Of a stretch of DNA of 64,000 nucleotides, positions 31,464 to 43,468 are shown in pieces. The first letter of the stretch is position 1. Every line of letters starts with the position of its first letter. The stretch covers positions 124,001-188,000 of the forward strand of contig JBEUKZ010000009.1 in assembly GCA_048128005.1 (NCBI GenBank). The letters are read 5' to 3'. The translations under genes were made by a program, and so were the position numbers. The notes under the pieces are model-generated. The model was not told the DNA's origin. It worked only from the letters and a program-made list of their open reading frames with translations, and made no database searches. The stretch comes from Veleropilina oligotropha. Lineage: Eukaryota.

Positions 31464-33015
31464 AATTGTGCAATGTTATATTTTTACATGTGTTAGTGAT
31501 GTATTAATATCCTTATTGCAAGTCTCTATGGAGATCAGAGACTCAGCCCTTTCCGAAAAAGAAGTCGAAGAAAAGTAACGTCTGCTTCGTTACATTTAAA
31601 CAAATACAAATGTCTACGCTTGTAAAGTGTGATATCAATGTACAATGGTAAGTTATTGAATTGATTTGTAAATTGAAGTTGAACCCCGCGGCGACATGTC
31701 AAGCAGTGTGCAATGTACCGTATACTATCGCGGCGTCACTCGACAACTTATTTATAATTTTGTTCTGGCAGAAAATACCCGAATTATGCATGTATACGTG
31801 GTATGCCATTAAGTGGAATAGGAGGATTAAGAGTAATCCCCTTGTATCTATATCAAATATACTTACGTCCTTACTAATGCCATAATAAGCCTATTATCGC
31901 TAAATCCGGACAAGGTGGAAATGGTAATTTTCGCACTTTTAGTAAATTTAACCCAGTTGACCCACTGACCTGCGCGACTTCCTCAAGTTCATGCCTTATA
32001 AAGAGCTCGCCAACTCCCGCGAGATCCTCGTGACCAAAAGGTCATGACCTCATCCGAAGTTTTTAGCAAACAACAAGGCAAAGAACTTATATAAGAGGGG
32101 AGGTGCGAAGCAGGGTGGGCCAAGTGGGTAAGGACGTAAGTATATTATTATAGATACAAGGGGATTACTCTTAATCCTCCTATCTATATCAAATATACTT
32201 ACGTCCTTACTAATGCCAAGAATAACTTTGGTTGGCGGAGTTATAAGTTCCATATACCAAAATTAAAACTTACTTGTTACCAGAAGACGACGCTTTAGCG
32301 TTGAGATCGAGTCCGTACAGAGTGGATTTTACTGAGCATCAAATCTACTCTTACCCCGAGGTGAGATTTCGACCAAGAAATCTGGGAAAACACGCCAGGG
32401 ATGTTAGTCGGACAGGTAACACGAAAGTGCATGTAGCTCCGGACACCGTGCGGAAGGTATACCTTGTAGGCACTCGTGTCATGGGCAAAAGCAGTGATCT
32501 GAATATTCCGGACTCAAAGGTCGGCAGACAGAAAACTGCAGACAAGGTTTTTAGAGGCACCCGAACCTAGGCAGGTTTATTGTGCTATAATATAAAACCT
32601 TGACAATTATTAATAGATTGAAAAATATTCAATTATCTTCATCTTGAATTAATAAAATTTTTGCATGTCTATCTTGCAAAATGTCAACATAATAACATGT
32701 TACTTAAATAATTTTAAGTATGGAATAATATTAAAATTTTTCAATGTAAAGACATTGAAATGTTCTGCGACAGCAAGTAGAACATTTTTAAAAATAATAT
32801 TATTTACAAAAAACATTTTTAAGATTTCGTAATGAAAATGTTTTCATCCAATGTGAGCATTAATGTCATATTAACTCAGTTATGACTAGATAATTTCAAT
32901 TTCTTAATGATTTAAGAAAAGAAATAACATTGAAGTAAATTCTAAGTGTGTTACAATGTACACAAATAGAAATACATTACATTACCTCAGTTCCCTGGTA
33001 ATATCCTTTTACCAT

Positions 33016-35649
33016 TCACTGAAAGGATGACCTAGATCCTCTAATACATTGCTGATTTGCTGCGACAAAAGAGATGCTATGTTCGCCAGATGCCGTGGTT
33101 GCGTAATCACGCAGGTAAAAGCGAACAAATGTATTGGCACTCTTCCAATAACCAGCCTTCAAGATTGCATTGATATTTAAATTATACTTGAAGGCTAAGG
33201 AGGTCGCTAAGGCCCGTGTTTCATGCGCGTGAATTGAAACGAGATCTCGATCTGGCTCGTCGGACTGCTTGTAAATTTCTTTTACAACAGAGACTATCCA
33301 ACGTGACACAGTCGACTTGCGAATGTCGCGGTTGAATTGGGACATGTGGCTTATGAATAAACGCTTCTTGCCGTGCCGTAGGTCACGGGTCCGGTCCAGA
33401 TAGAATTTCAGCGCACGAACGGGGCAGTTCAGCCGGTCGATATCGTCTCTACCCAACATGGAGAGGTTACGGATACAAACCTCGGGACAGATATCTTCAG
33501 GTCTTTGTGTCTTCGCTAGGAAGCCAAGGACAGTATGCAGCGTCAACGACCCATCGGTGTGGAAGTGTATATCTCGCAGCTCTCCGGATAATGCGTGTAT
33601 CTCCGATGCCCGATTACCGGTCGCGAGAGCGGTAAGTAGTACGGTCTTATAAGTGAGATTTTTGAGGGAGCATTCACTCATAGGCTCGAACGGACATCTA
33701 AGTAAAGCATTGAGAATCAACATGATATTCCACGCAGGCGGACGCACCTGCTGGGCCGGGCGTTCGAGTTGGTAGGAGCGTATAAAATCCGATATTGTCT
33801 TGTCGGTAGACAAGCGGGTGTGCTCGCGGCATTGTCGTAGCTACGCATGATCGGTAGCCTTTGACAGCGGAAATAGACATTCCACGTTCGAGCAACGACG
33901 ACAAAAACTCGATAAATTTTGTCACAGGGGGCGGAATATATTGACTTGCCGCCCGCGACAACAATCCACAAATTTCTTCCATCGGTAATCGTATACCTTT
34001 GTTGTAGATTGCCTTCTAGATCGGTAGATGCGCTGGGCTGTCGCTCTAGAAAAGCCTTTCTTAATGAGCGATCTCTCGATAGTCGCCAGGCGTGAAAGTG
34101 AAACTCGTTCGCCGACGGGTGTAGAACCCGACTGCGCGGTTGCGATAACAGGTCTGTCATCTGCGGGAGCGCTAGTGGCTGATCGATGAGTAGATCCAGA
34201 AGTGTCGGAAACCAGGACTGCGTGCGTTGTAGGGGTGCTATTAGCGTCAACTCGCAGTCTTCGCGTGTTGCTTTCCGAAGTACTTGTGGCAGCATGCACG
34301 ACGGCGGAAAGGCGTAGGCGATCAGATTCTCCCATGTCATTGACAGAGCGTCGACCGCTATAGCGGCCGGGTCCGGGTAAGGAGACACATAGAGAGGGAG
34401 TCGGTGATTGTATTCGGTTGCGAATAGATCGACTTGAGGCTGCGACCACAGGCGACAGACATCTCGGGCTACACGGGCGTGTAGCATCCACTCTGTGTGA
34501 ATGATCTGTGTTTTCCGTGAGAGCGTATCCGCTCTGACATTCAGCTTCCCCGGGATGTGTCGGGCTCGAATTGTCGAGTTGAGTGACATCACTAGGCGGT
34601 GTAGGTCGATCGCTCGGTCGCAAAGTGGACGGGAGCGAGTGCCGCCCTGGTGCTGAATGTAAGCGACGACAGTCGTGTTGTCCGTTGCTAGCATTATGTG
34701 CTTGTTGCGGAGATGTGACGAGAGGGACCGTACTGACTCTAGAAAGTTTATGTGTCGTCCCTGCAGGTCCATCGGCCAAAGGCCCGATGTCTCGTGACTG
34801 TCGAGGTGACCTCCCCAGCCCTCGTTTGACGCGTCCGTGAAGAGGTAGGCGTTCGGTTCTGGGGGGGATATCGGAACCGACTGACTCGGCAGGGTAGTGT
34901 TCAGCCACACTGCTGTCATGCGATTGAACCAATGCCGTAGATCGATGCGATCCGTCCACTGTCCCGTGCGTTGTATCCAGCGGTCCTTGAAGGCCTGCTG
35001 CAACGGTCGCTTGTCCATGCGACCCGTCGGTAACAGGGGAGCTACCGACTCGATGTGCCCTAGGACAGTGGCCAGTCGTTGCGCTGTAGTTATCCGTGAA
35101 GACTTCGTTTTCAGTATAACTGCGCGTAGGTTCTCTATACGTTTCTGAGTCGGTTTCGCGGTGTACCGGACCGTGTCGAATTCGACCCCTAGAAATGTAA
35201 ACGTCGTCGAGGGCACGAAGCAGGATTTCTCGTTGTTGATCTGTAATCCTACGCGCTTCGCCGATGACAGGGTAACGCTCATAGACTGGAGGCACTGATC
35301 CCGGGACGCCCCGAGAATCAACCAGTCGTCGAGGTACATGTGTACTCTGTGCCCTTGCGAGTGTAGGAAGGCCCCGAGAGCCAGTACTACCCGCGTGAAG
35401 ACGTACGGGGCTGATGATAGACCGAACGGTAGACAACTGAATTGGTAGACCGTTCCCCCGTGGACAAACCGTAGGTACCGGTGAGCCGAGACGTGCATCG
35501 GAACGTGTAGGTACGCATCGGTCAAGTCGATAGACGCTGCCCAGTCGCCCGGACAGATGGCCGTTCGTATCTTCGAGAGTGTTTCTTGCTTGAACTTCTC
35601 GGTACGAAGATACTGGTTGAGGAATGACAGATCGAGGATCGGTCGCCAA
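33016..35649 (-). pseudogene. DIRS tyrosine recombinase, broken by two frameshifts (ORFs 33922-35649, 33698-33982, 33016-33813)
   Basis: N-terminal SAM-like RRQSTTKVYDYRWKKF, then SAVKGYRSCV, then catalytic ATGNRASEI, CPVRAL, HAHETRALATS, GYWKSANTFVRFY, in three different frames. Confidence 0.85.
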
Positions 35650-36083
35650 CGGCCATCGGGTTTCGGGACCAGGAAAAAGTGGCTGTAATATCCTGGTGTG
35701 CTGGGCGGCGCGGGATAGATCGCTCTTTTTGAGAGTAAGTCCCGCACTGCCTGGTCTAGGACGGCTTGTTTTTCTCTTATCAGGAGACGAGCGCGTCCTG
35801 GTGGTGGTGTCGCATCTAGGGTTGGATGCCGGTCGAATGCCAACTTGTATCCGGCACTCACGACTGAGTGAACCCAGTTATCCTCTGTCATTTCTAGCCA
35901 GGACAGGCTGTACTCTAACAGACACGCTCCCACCGGCGGAAGCGTGCAACTGGGCTCGTCGCGAGCGCCGGCAACCCTAGGGCCGCGGCTTCCCTCTCCC
36001 GCTCTGACGGGATTTCGTCGGAGGTGCCTTTTTCGTAGTAGATTTCTTGGCCTGAGGAGGCCCACTATACGAAGGTTTGGCAC
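33717..36083 (-). CDS. DIRS reverse transcriptase / RNase H / adenine-methyltransferase-like ORF
   Basis: RT: FLVPKPDGRWRPILDL, IDLTDAYLHVP, LPFGLSSAP, YLDD. RNase H: LFTDASNEGWG, TDNTT, HIPGKLNVRADTLSR. MT-like: VDLFAT...YAFPP. Confidence 0.93.
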   Translation of the reverse strand: MPNLRIVGLLRPRNLLRKRHLRRNPVRAGEGSRGPRVAGARDEPSCTLPPVGACLLEYSLSWLEMTEDNWVHSVVSAGYKLAFDRHPTLDATPPPGRARLLIREKQAVLDQAVRDLLSKRAIYPAPPSTPGYYSHFFLVPKPDGRWRPILDLSFLNQYLRTEKFKQETLSKIRTAICPGDWAASIDLTDAYLHVPMHVSAHRYLRFVHGGTVYQFSCLPFGLSSAPYVFTRVVLALGAFLHSQGHRVHMYLDDWLILGASRDQCLQSMSVTLSSAKRVGLQINNEKSCFVPSTTFTFLGVEFDTVRYTAKPTQKRIENLRAVILKTKSSRITTAQRLATVLGHIESVAPLLPTGRMDKRPLQQAFKDRWIQRTGQWTDRIDLRHWFNRMTAVWLNTTLPSQSVPISPPEPNAYLFTDASNEGWGGHLDSHETSGLWPMDLQGRHINFLESVRSLSSHLRNKHIMLATDNTTVVAYIQHQGGTRSRPLCDRAIDLHRLVMSLNSTIRARHIPGKLNVRADTLSRKTQIIHTEWMLHARVARDVCRLWSQPQVDLFATEYNHRLPLYVSPYPDPAAIAVDALSMTWENLIAYAFPPSCMLPQVLRKATREDCELTLIAPLQRTQSWFPTLLDLLIDQPLALPQMTDLLSQPRSRVLHPSANEFHFHAWRLSRDRSLRKAFLERQPSASTDLEGNLQQRYTITDGRNLWIVVAGGKSIYSAPCDKIYRVFVVVARTWNVYFRCQRLPIMRSYDNAASTPACLPTRQYRILYAPTNSNARPSRCVRLRGISC

Positions 36084-38220
36084 GCTTGGAAGGCTTATGA
36101 GACCGGGACGGTCCCGAGCGCTTCCTTGAGGCAGCAGCCGGCGTACTCCGAGGAGTAGCCAAGACTGCCTTCTCGATCGCGCGATCCTTTAGGTCGGCCG
36201 CTCTCTTCTCGACAAACTCGGTGAATTTGTCCCCGAAGAGAGTAGAGGCCGACAACGGTACGCAACGCAGCGACTGCCGGGTGGCGTCGTCTAACGTGGT
36301 GCCGTCTAGGCACGCGTCTCTACGAAGTAGGACAGCGTTACCTAAGGATCGGGCTGACTCCGACGCGGAGTTCTCCGTGGAGGCGGCAACCTCTTCGAGG
36401 AAGGACAGTGCGATTTCTCGAGCGCGGGGTCCATCCTCTTGTAGTACGGTAATAGCTCCGTCCAAGAAGAAATCCTGGATGGAGGCATGCCGTAGAGCTC
36501 GACGGGCGGAGCTCTCAAAGCCCTCCATGGCGGCCCATGGGACTTTGACTACCGAGGGAGCTGTGCTGGCCGACAGCCGACGCATCGCTGCATCGATCTG
36601 AACTGGCTCAGTCGCCAGACACGTCCCAGAGCACCCGATCGGAATCGGACGCCTACTGGGCCGGAGGTACCTTCCCTTACGCAGACCACTAGGGTACTCC
36701 GTTATAGAGGAAGTCACCACCGATTTGGACCCCTGAATGGATTTGGTCGCCGAGTCGAGGACGAGCGAGACCAACCCAGACTGGGGGAGGGTAGGAAGCA
36801 GGGGGGCTTCCGTCCCAACAAACCGACGTGCCGCTGTCCTGTGCCTGACTACGCTTACCGGCAGAGCCGGGTCGAGCAAGTCAAGCACCCCGCGAAGCGA
36901 CGCGACAGCGTCGTACCTTCGGCGGGTGGCGGAGACGGCTTCATGCATGCCAGACAGACTACAAGAGTCGTCTGGTCCGACCGATTCAGGGAGGTCAGAG
37001 CGAGTAGAAGTGCTGTCCTCGTCGGAACGAGGATCTACTTCCATCACCGAAGCATGAGCCGAGCCCGGCGTTACGGTCAGAGACGCTGGGACCTGGGGCG
37101 GCTGGGTAGCCGGTAGCCAGGACCTACAACGTGACTCGATTTCCGCCGCAATCATAGCCTGGACGTTCTCGAACGAGAAACCCGGAGGCATGACGGACGT
37201 CGGACCAACAGCCATTGGTCCGCTCGAGGTTACCGTAGCGCTTGGTGGACGGGCTGCACGGACAGGTGGAGCCGAGAACCAGGTTCTCGGGGTACCTGTC
37301 GGGAAACCGCTACCAGGGAACCGGCCCGAAGGCACGTTAACTGGTGCGAACGGCCCGTAGGACTGCGACCACAGTCCATACGGGTCTGTAACCCTGCTCG
37401 AGTGAGGCACGTGGGAATACCCGCCGTACACCTCAGCCCCGAGCGCAGCCGATCCTACCACACTACCTAGGACGTCTTGAAAAGAACCGTCGGAGGTAAT
37501 GGGCCTTCCATCGTTCTCGTGGGCTCCGACGGTGGCGGGATTAGTTTTTACACTAGCGCCGTTGTCGGACGAGAGGACGGGTTTCGTCGAGCGTCTGGAA
37601 CTTCGACCACTTTCGTGGTGCCCAGCAACTATATCGACTTTTTCTGCCAGTCGTTTCGCTTCTTGTTCAGAAGCTACTAAACCCGCAGAAGGACTAACGC
37701 TGCCTTGCTCCTCCGAGGTCGGAGGAGAGGAAAGGTTTTGTCTGCCCTGTTCAGCTTTTCGCCGCAGCGCTCGACGTATCTTACTGGTCGGCAAGATACT
37801 CTGAGCAGCGGTTACTAGGCCCAAAGGAGAGGAGTCGGTCTGCACTCGGGCTCGTACCTGAACCATGGACCCCGACGAAGATTCTGGGACTTTCCCCAAA
37901 GTCTCAGAGGTTCCGACGGCGGATCCCGCGATAGCCGCTGTCCCAACACGGCTATCACCGAGAGGATCTGAAACAGAAAGAATAGTATCAAAGCCTGTCT
38001 CTAATCTCTGAAGCTTCTCGGTGGATGTCCCATCGGGAGAAGATGCCCTGGTCGTATTCTCCGTTGGGAAAAGAATCTCCCACTGCCGATTCGTCAATAC
38101 GGAACAATGCTCACACGGATGCTTTTTATCACTAAAACAAACACGGTGAATAGTGCATTCGGAGTGCCTGTCAAAACCACGGATTTTCTGTCTGCACTCG
38201 GAAACACTGCAATGCACCAT
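35977..38220 (-). CDS. DIRS gag-like ORF1
   Basis: N-terminal Cys/His finger (CSVSEC...HSECTIH...CEHC), a low-complexity middle, a LLRRD motif and a basic tail. It lies upstream of and overlaps the RT ORF. Confidence 0.8.
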   Translation of the reverse strand: MVHCSVSECRQKIRGFDRHSECTIHRVCFSDKKHPCEHCSVLTNRQWEILFPTENTTRASSPDGTSTEKLQRLETGFDTILSVSDPLGDSRVGTAAIAGSAVGTSETLGKVPESSSGSMVQVRARVQTDSSPLGLVTAAQSILPTSKIRRALRRKAEQGRQNLSSPPTSEEQGSVSPSAGLVASEQEAKRLAEKVDIVAGHHESGRSSRRSTKPVLSSDNGASVKTNPATVGAHENDGRPITSDGSFQDVLGSVVGSAALGAEVYGGYSHVPHSSRVTDPYGLWSQSYGPFAPVNVPSGRFPGSGFPTGTPRTWFSAPPVRAARPPSATVTSSGPMAVGPTSVMPPGFSFENVQAMIAAEIESRCRSWLPATQPPQVPASLTVTPGSAHASVMEVDPRSDEDSTSTRSDLPESVGPDDSCSLSGMHEAVSATRRRYDAVASLRGVLDLLDPALPVSVVRHRTAARRFVGTEAPLLPTLPQSGLVSLVLDSATKSIQGSKSVVTSSITEYPSGLRKGRYLRPSRRPIPIGCSGTCLATEPVQIDAAMRRLSASTAPSVVKVPWAAMEGFESSARRALRHASIQDFFLDGAITVLQEDGPRAREIALSFLEEVAASTENSASESARSLGNAVLLRRDACLDGTTLDDATRQSLRCVPLSASTLFGDKFTEFVEKRAADLKDRAIEKAVLATPRSTPAAASRKRSGPSRSHKPSKRAKPSYSGPPQAKKSTTKKAPPTKSRQSGRGKPRP

Positions 38221-39305
38221 AGCTACGTACACGGGTAGGTAGGAGATAGGGGTATGAAGTAATAAGGGTATTTCTACGGGTAGTTTACCAAAATACTACT
38301 ACAACCGCGATTGTACCTGATCCGAGAGTTGGAAAAGGCTGAAATACGCTCAAAACCTCCGGCGGATTATACGCCCAAAACACCGACTTTGGTTAACTTT
38401 TTAACACAAGTCGGCCAACGAATTGAAAAACGGGAGGTCTTTCTTTTACAAGAAACCGCCCTTCACACCTAAAAATCTCTTGGATGTATATATATCAATT
38501 TGTTAGAATTCGGCGTGTTATCCCCGACTTAGCAGATTTACCAAAATAACGCTAGTTAAATTCTAAACAATCTGCTTTTCAACGACGATAAATTTGATTA
38601 CATAAATTTATAGCAAGAAAAACGTCGTTGAGGAAATTATCGTATATATAAATGAATTGTCAATGCAAATCAAGCAATATCAATAATACAACTCTCTCCC
38701 GACTCCTTAGTAATTGCTAAGGAGCTTCCTTCTTTAAATATCCCTCTGAGCGTCCTCTTTACTTTCTTTTCAGAATTTCAAGATGGCGTCGTCAGTGGAG
38801 GGTGTTGATTTCCGATTTTCTGTCTGTACTCGACAGAAAAACTTCTGAGAAGGTCTTAATCAGGAGGAAAACTCGCGAATTTTCCACTACACGTGTTTAA
38901 CACACTACAATCGATCTTATGAGCTTAATGATTAATAAATCCGGCTCTTAAAAGATCGAATTCACATCAAATGATGGAGCAAAGAAAAACGCGACTGTCT
39001 AAGATGGCGGAAAACTTCGGATGCGGTCATGACCTTTTGGTCACGAGGATCTCGCGGGAGCTGGCGAGCTCTTTATAAGGCATGAACTTGAGGAGGTCGC
39101 GCAGGTCAGTGGGTCAACTGGGATAAATTTACTAAAAGTGCGAAAATTACATTTCCACCTTGTCCGGATTTAGCGATAATAGGCTTATTATGGCATTAGT
39201 AAGGACGTAAGTATATTTGATATAGATACATTATATCATATTACTTTACATCATTAGCATCAACAGAGTGTGGAACAGTCTGCTCTAATATACGGTGACA
39301 CTCAC

Positions 39306-39410
39306 CATGAGAGCCATACATGCGGTGAGGTAGCCCGTCCCGGAGCCAACGTCCAATGCCGTGGCCCCATCCGTTAAGTGGTCCGCTAACAGCTCCAAGG
39401 CGTGGGCATG
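39306..39410 (-). CDS. PCMT1: PCMT1 coding exon 3 ([35 protein letters not shown])
   Basis: Translated by hand because it is not in the ORF track. Acceptor tttatttcag, donor ATG|gtgag, 105 bp. Contains SAM-binding motif [10 protein letters not shown]. Confidence 0.95.
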
Positions 39411-39583
39411 CTGAAATAAATATCCCCACAAATCAATTGTAAATAAGAGTTAAGCTTACCTCAAAATTTTCTCGCTTTTCATTTTATAGCAATGGTTAGC
39501 CTGTCTACTTCCCACCAATAAATGAATGTAATTACCCATCCTGTTTCCAAAAACATGGCCAGCACAACTAAAGCTCCTTAAAT

Positions 39584-40030
39584 TGATCGTACCTACTATG
39601 TGCGGAGCGCTGATCGTACAGGTCTACTTTGTGCAGAGCACTGATCATACCTACCATGTGCGGAGCACTGATCGTACAGGTCTACTTTGTGCAGAGCACT
39701 GATCGTACCTACCATGTGCGGAGCACTGATCGTACCTACTTTGTGCAGAGCATTGATCGTACCTACCATGTGCGGAGCACTGATCGTATCTACCATATGC
39801 GGGGCACTGATAGTAACTACCATGTGCTGAGTGCTGATCGTACCTACCATGTGCGGGGCACTGATCGTACCTACCATGTGCGGGGCACTGATCGTACCTA
39901 CCATGTGCGGAGCACTGATCGTAACGACCATGTGCTGAGCGCTGATCGTACCTACCATCTGCGGGGCACTGATCGTACCTACCATGTGCGGGGCACTGAT
40001 GGTACCTACCATGTGCGGAGCACTGATCGT
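39584..40030. repeat. 27-bp minisatellite made of the exon 2 3' end plus its splice donor, ~16 copies
   Basis: Minus-strand unit ACGATCAGTGCYCCGCACATG|GTAGGT (TISAPHM-VG). Confidence 0.95.
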
Positions 40031-40146
40031 AACAGCGTAGCCGATCGTCTGGGGTGAGTCGATGTAGCTGTTATGCTTGCAAAAGTTTCCCCTATCCACC
40101 TGCATCATGGCATCAATCACCCGCTCTGACTTCAGAATTCCATTTT
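40010..40146 (-). CDS. PCMT1: PCMT1 coding exon 2 (NGILKSERVIDAMMQVDRGNFCKHNSYIDSPQTIGYAVTISAPHM)
   Basis: Acceptor ttttttcag, donor ATG|gtaggt, 137 bp. Exons 1+2 give 192 nt in frame. Contains the PIMT pre-motif TISAPHM. Confidence 0.95.
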
Positions 40147-40183
40147 CTGAAAAAACATAAAAATCATTAACAGTAGAATTATG

Positions 40184-41810
40184 CATAATAATAATAATAA
40201 TAATAATAATCTACTTTATTTCAAGAGGGTAACTTATTTAGTTTATAACAAACTAATCTCCCATAAGGCCCTCATACAAAAAGTTACAGAAAATTATGAT
40301 ATGACAAAAATATATACAATATATACAGTGATAGCAGATAATATTAAATACAATACACACACAGAGATGATATGAGAAATGTAACAAATTAATTATAGTG
40401 TATTAAAAGTGTTTGTACATAAATAATTAAAGCATTCCTTCTTAAAACTAAATAATGTTGCTTGATTTCTGACAGAGAGTGGCAGTTTGTTCCAAGTTAG
40501 TGGACCATTATATGAAAATGACTTTTTCAGAAAATTGATTTTGGATGAGGTATAGATAGCATCATATTGGAGGCAGATCTTAAATTTAGGGAGTGTACAT
40601 TTGATATAGGAACTAGAGAATCTTTTATGTAATCTGGAGCCAAACCATTTAAGCCTTTATATACTAGAATATGTTGGTGATATTCTATTCGTTGTTGAAT
40701 AGGCAACCAGTTTAGCTCTTTAAACATTTCTAGCGTCTAGTGAGGGAGTCGTATAATCTGATTCAAGAATGATTCTAGCAGCCCGCTTCTGTAATTTATT
40801 TACTCTTTCTATATTGTACTGCGTGCATGTTCCCCAAACTGTCGAACAATAATCCATTTATAAGAGGAAGTAAATAAGCATTAAAATACAGTTTTCTGGC
40901 TTTAATCGGTAAATATTTCTTAATCCGGTTTAATAAAGATAAGCGAGATGATAATGTGGAACATAAATGATCAATTTGATTTTCCCAGCATAGATTTTTA
41001 TCAATATATATGCCAAGAAGTTTGCAATCTTCAACTGATTTTATATCCTCACTTTCTAAAGTCAGGTCTAAATTTTCAGTTAATGCTAGCTTTTGCTTAG
41101 ACCCAATTACCATACAAGATGTTTTTAGAGCATTTAGTTTCATCTGATTTTCTTTACACCATTTGTTTACATTATTCAAATCTGATTGAAGATTTGTTTG
41201 TATTGTATCTACAGTTTTGGCATGAGAATGGAGTGTTGTGTCATCTGCATACATATCACTGTCTGTGGTATTCACTGATAGAGGCAGATCATTGATGAAG
41301 ATGATGAATAACAAAGGACCTAGAATGGATCCCTGTGGGACACCATATGTCACACTTTCCATTTCTGATTTTGTGTTTCCAAAGCATACTCGATGTGTTC
41401 TTTCTTCCAGATAAGATTGAAACCATTTTATGGAATTCTTTGAACATTTATATAAATTTAGTTTATTAATTAGGATTTTATGATCTACTACATCAAATGC
41501 TTTTTTGAGGTCAAGAAAAAGTGCACCGACCAGATCACCATTGTCCAGAGCTTGAAGCCATTTATCAGTGAGATGGGTTAAGGCTGTATGACATGAATGA
41601 TTTGGCCTAAATCCTGACTGACTTTTATGAATGAGGTTATTATCAGACATATATTTATACAGTTGTTTTGAATATCTTCGATAAAGTTGGGAGTATTGAG
41701 ATCGGCCTATAGTTTTCTGTCAGGTCTTTTGCTCCACCTTTATATAGAGGAGTAATTCTAGCACATTTAAGTTGGTTTGGAAATATACCTAATTTGATGC
41801 TTTTATTAAT
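40184..41810 (-). mobile_element. 5'-truncated non-LTR retrotransposon (CR1/L2-group LINE) fragment
   Basis: RT motifs QSGFRPNHSC, FLDLKKAFD, GVPQGSILGP and YADD, frameshifted. 3' AATAAA followed by an (ATT)n tail at 40184-40220. Confidence 0.9.
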
Positions 41811-42483
41811 ATGTAAGTTACATGTATATCAAAAGTTACACAAAGCAAATCAAACATAAATTCCAGCCAATACATGTAGTTTTAAGGGTGACATTACAGG
41901 TCTAAATCATAAACTGGAGACATATACTGTAGAAACAGAAATGAATGCGTATTGAAAATAATGTGAGGTCCAGATACAAACGAAAATGTGTGTTGAAATT
42001 AATGCGAATCGTCAATTTGGGGAAAAGTCGATTTTTAGTAACTTAGGTACGTACTTGATTAGCTGTTGATTAGCTTGGCAATCAAGATTACATGGTCACG
42101 GTGATTAAACATCAAAAGCAACACCATACAGACAGTTCATTTGTATCTAACTCCGCATATAACAATCTTGAGTCAAATGCTGCAGCAATACAAATTGAAT
42201 GCATAAAGAAACAAAAGTAAAAGGTTAATCTCGTTCGATGTCATCAAAAGAAAACGTAAAGGAATTAAAAAAAACACCGAAAGCAGTATTATCGATGCAA
42301 TTATCGTTGAAGACTAAGTCATATAATTGGCAAATGCTATTGATTTAATGTCGGTCAAATAGCTCGTGAGCTAGTGTCTTTATTTATACACCAAGCCGAC
42401 GTGATATAAGGCTTATTTGATTGTTTTGTTTGGAAGGACTGATTGAACTGTGCTTTACAAATAGCTTAATTACTAAACTCAGG

Positions 42484-42808
42484 CAGGGTCAGCGCTGCCA
42501 TGCGCCAGCGTCACAAATTGCGAATTTGAAATACGATTTGCGAATGTAAAATCCATGCGCAAGTGTTGTTTCGCGATTGTTGATTATTTTCTGAAAGGGA
42601 TTAACTGAAACAGCATTGCTAATTGATAAACTGCAAGGTAATTAAATCAATAAATTAAAGGGATTATGTAACAACAATGATTTGGGTGGTAAATATTTTA
42701 TTAAAAATGACATTCGCCAGCAAATTCGCAAATCGGATTTTACATTCGCCAATCGTACTTCAAATTCGCAATTTGCGACGCTGCTGCCATGCGCCAGTGC
42801 TAACCCTG
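42484..42808. mobile_element. MITE with CAGGG...CCCTG termini and ~70-bp imperfect TIRs
   Basis: cagggtcagcgc...aaattgcgaatttgaaatacgatttgcgaatgtaaaatcc is mirrored by ggattttacattcgccaatcgtacttcaaattcgcaattt...gctaaccctg. No TSD seen. Confidence 0.65.
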
Positions 42809-43090
42809 GCGACACCATCGTATAATATATATCCAGTGTAAACATGCTTATGTCTATATCACTGACGGCTCTAGCTGGAATGGTCATCATGGGCTCCATT
42901 TTCCGATGAAACCACTTCTGGGACGTGTTTCATAAAATTGTATGAACGACCGACCTTTCAATTGGCATAGGTAAAAAAAGTCATTAAGTTAACGCCAATT
43001 TTATGTGCAATTGGCGTATACTTTTTTTTAAGGAAAAGTTTAGCTTCAAGGCGTTAGTGGGTTTCACCGGATATTTCTAATTTGCTTTAA

Positions 43091-43387
43091 TCTTAATATA
43101 ATGGAGCTATAATTGTATGCGGGTCTGTCTGTCTGTCTGTTTCAAGTTGAACTCCTCCCAGACGCTTTGACCTAGGACCTTCAAACTTTGGGGGGTTAAT
43201 CGGGGTCCCCCAAGGAAGGTTTACCACGAAAAAAATTCGGAAAATTCGCGAAACAAAAAAAAATTTACTATCATTTTTAATATAATCGAGAAAAAAAAAA
43301 AAAAAAAAAAAGGAGCACTATCCAAAAAAAAAAAAAAAAAAATTGGGCTGGGGGGACTTACCCGGCGAAGACGGGTACCATTGCTAG
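43091..43387 (+). mobile_element. Non-autonomous Helitron (copy 2)
   Basis: A|TCTTAATA...hairpin...TGCTAG|T. It is the inverted near-identical copy of 26993-27292. Confidence 0.85.
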
Positions 43388-43468
43388 TGATAATAACAAT
43401 ACACACAAGTCTAGATATTAAAAAGGGATCATAAATTCATATTATAATTATATAAATCACATATTGTA

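Larger units (their letters stand above)
31818..39230 (-). mobile_element. DIRS1-type tyrosine-recombinase retrotransposon, full length, in PCMT1 intron 3
   Basis: Inverted terminal repeats at 31843-32063 and 39011-39230, a 3' extension at 31818-31842, and an internal complementary region at ~32150-32218 joining both termini. Encodes gag, RT/RNaseH/MT and YR ORFs. Confidence 0.95.

Noticed and set aside
30969..31578. Three overlapping repetitive ORFs
   Set aside because: They come from a stop-free 31-bp minisatellite read in all three frames.
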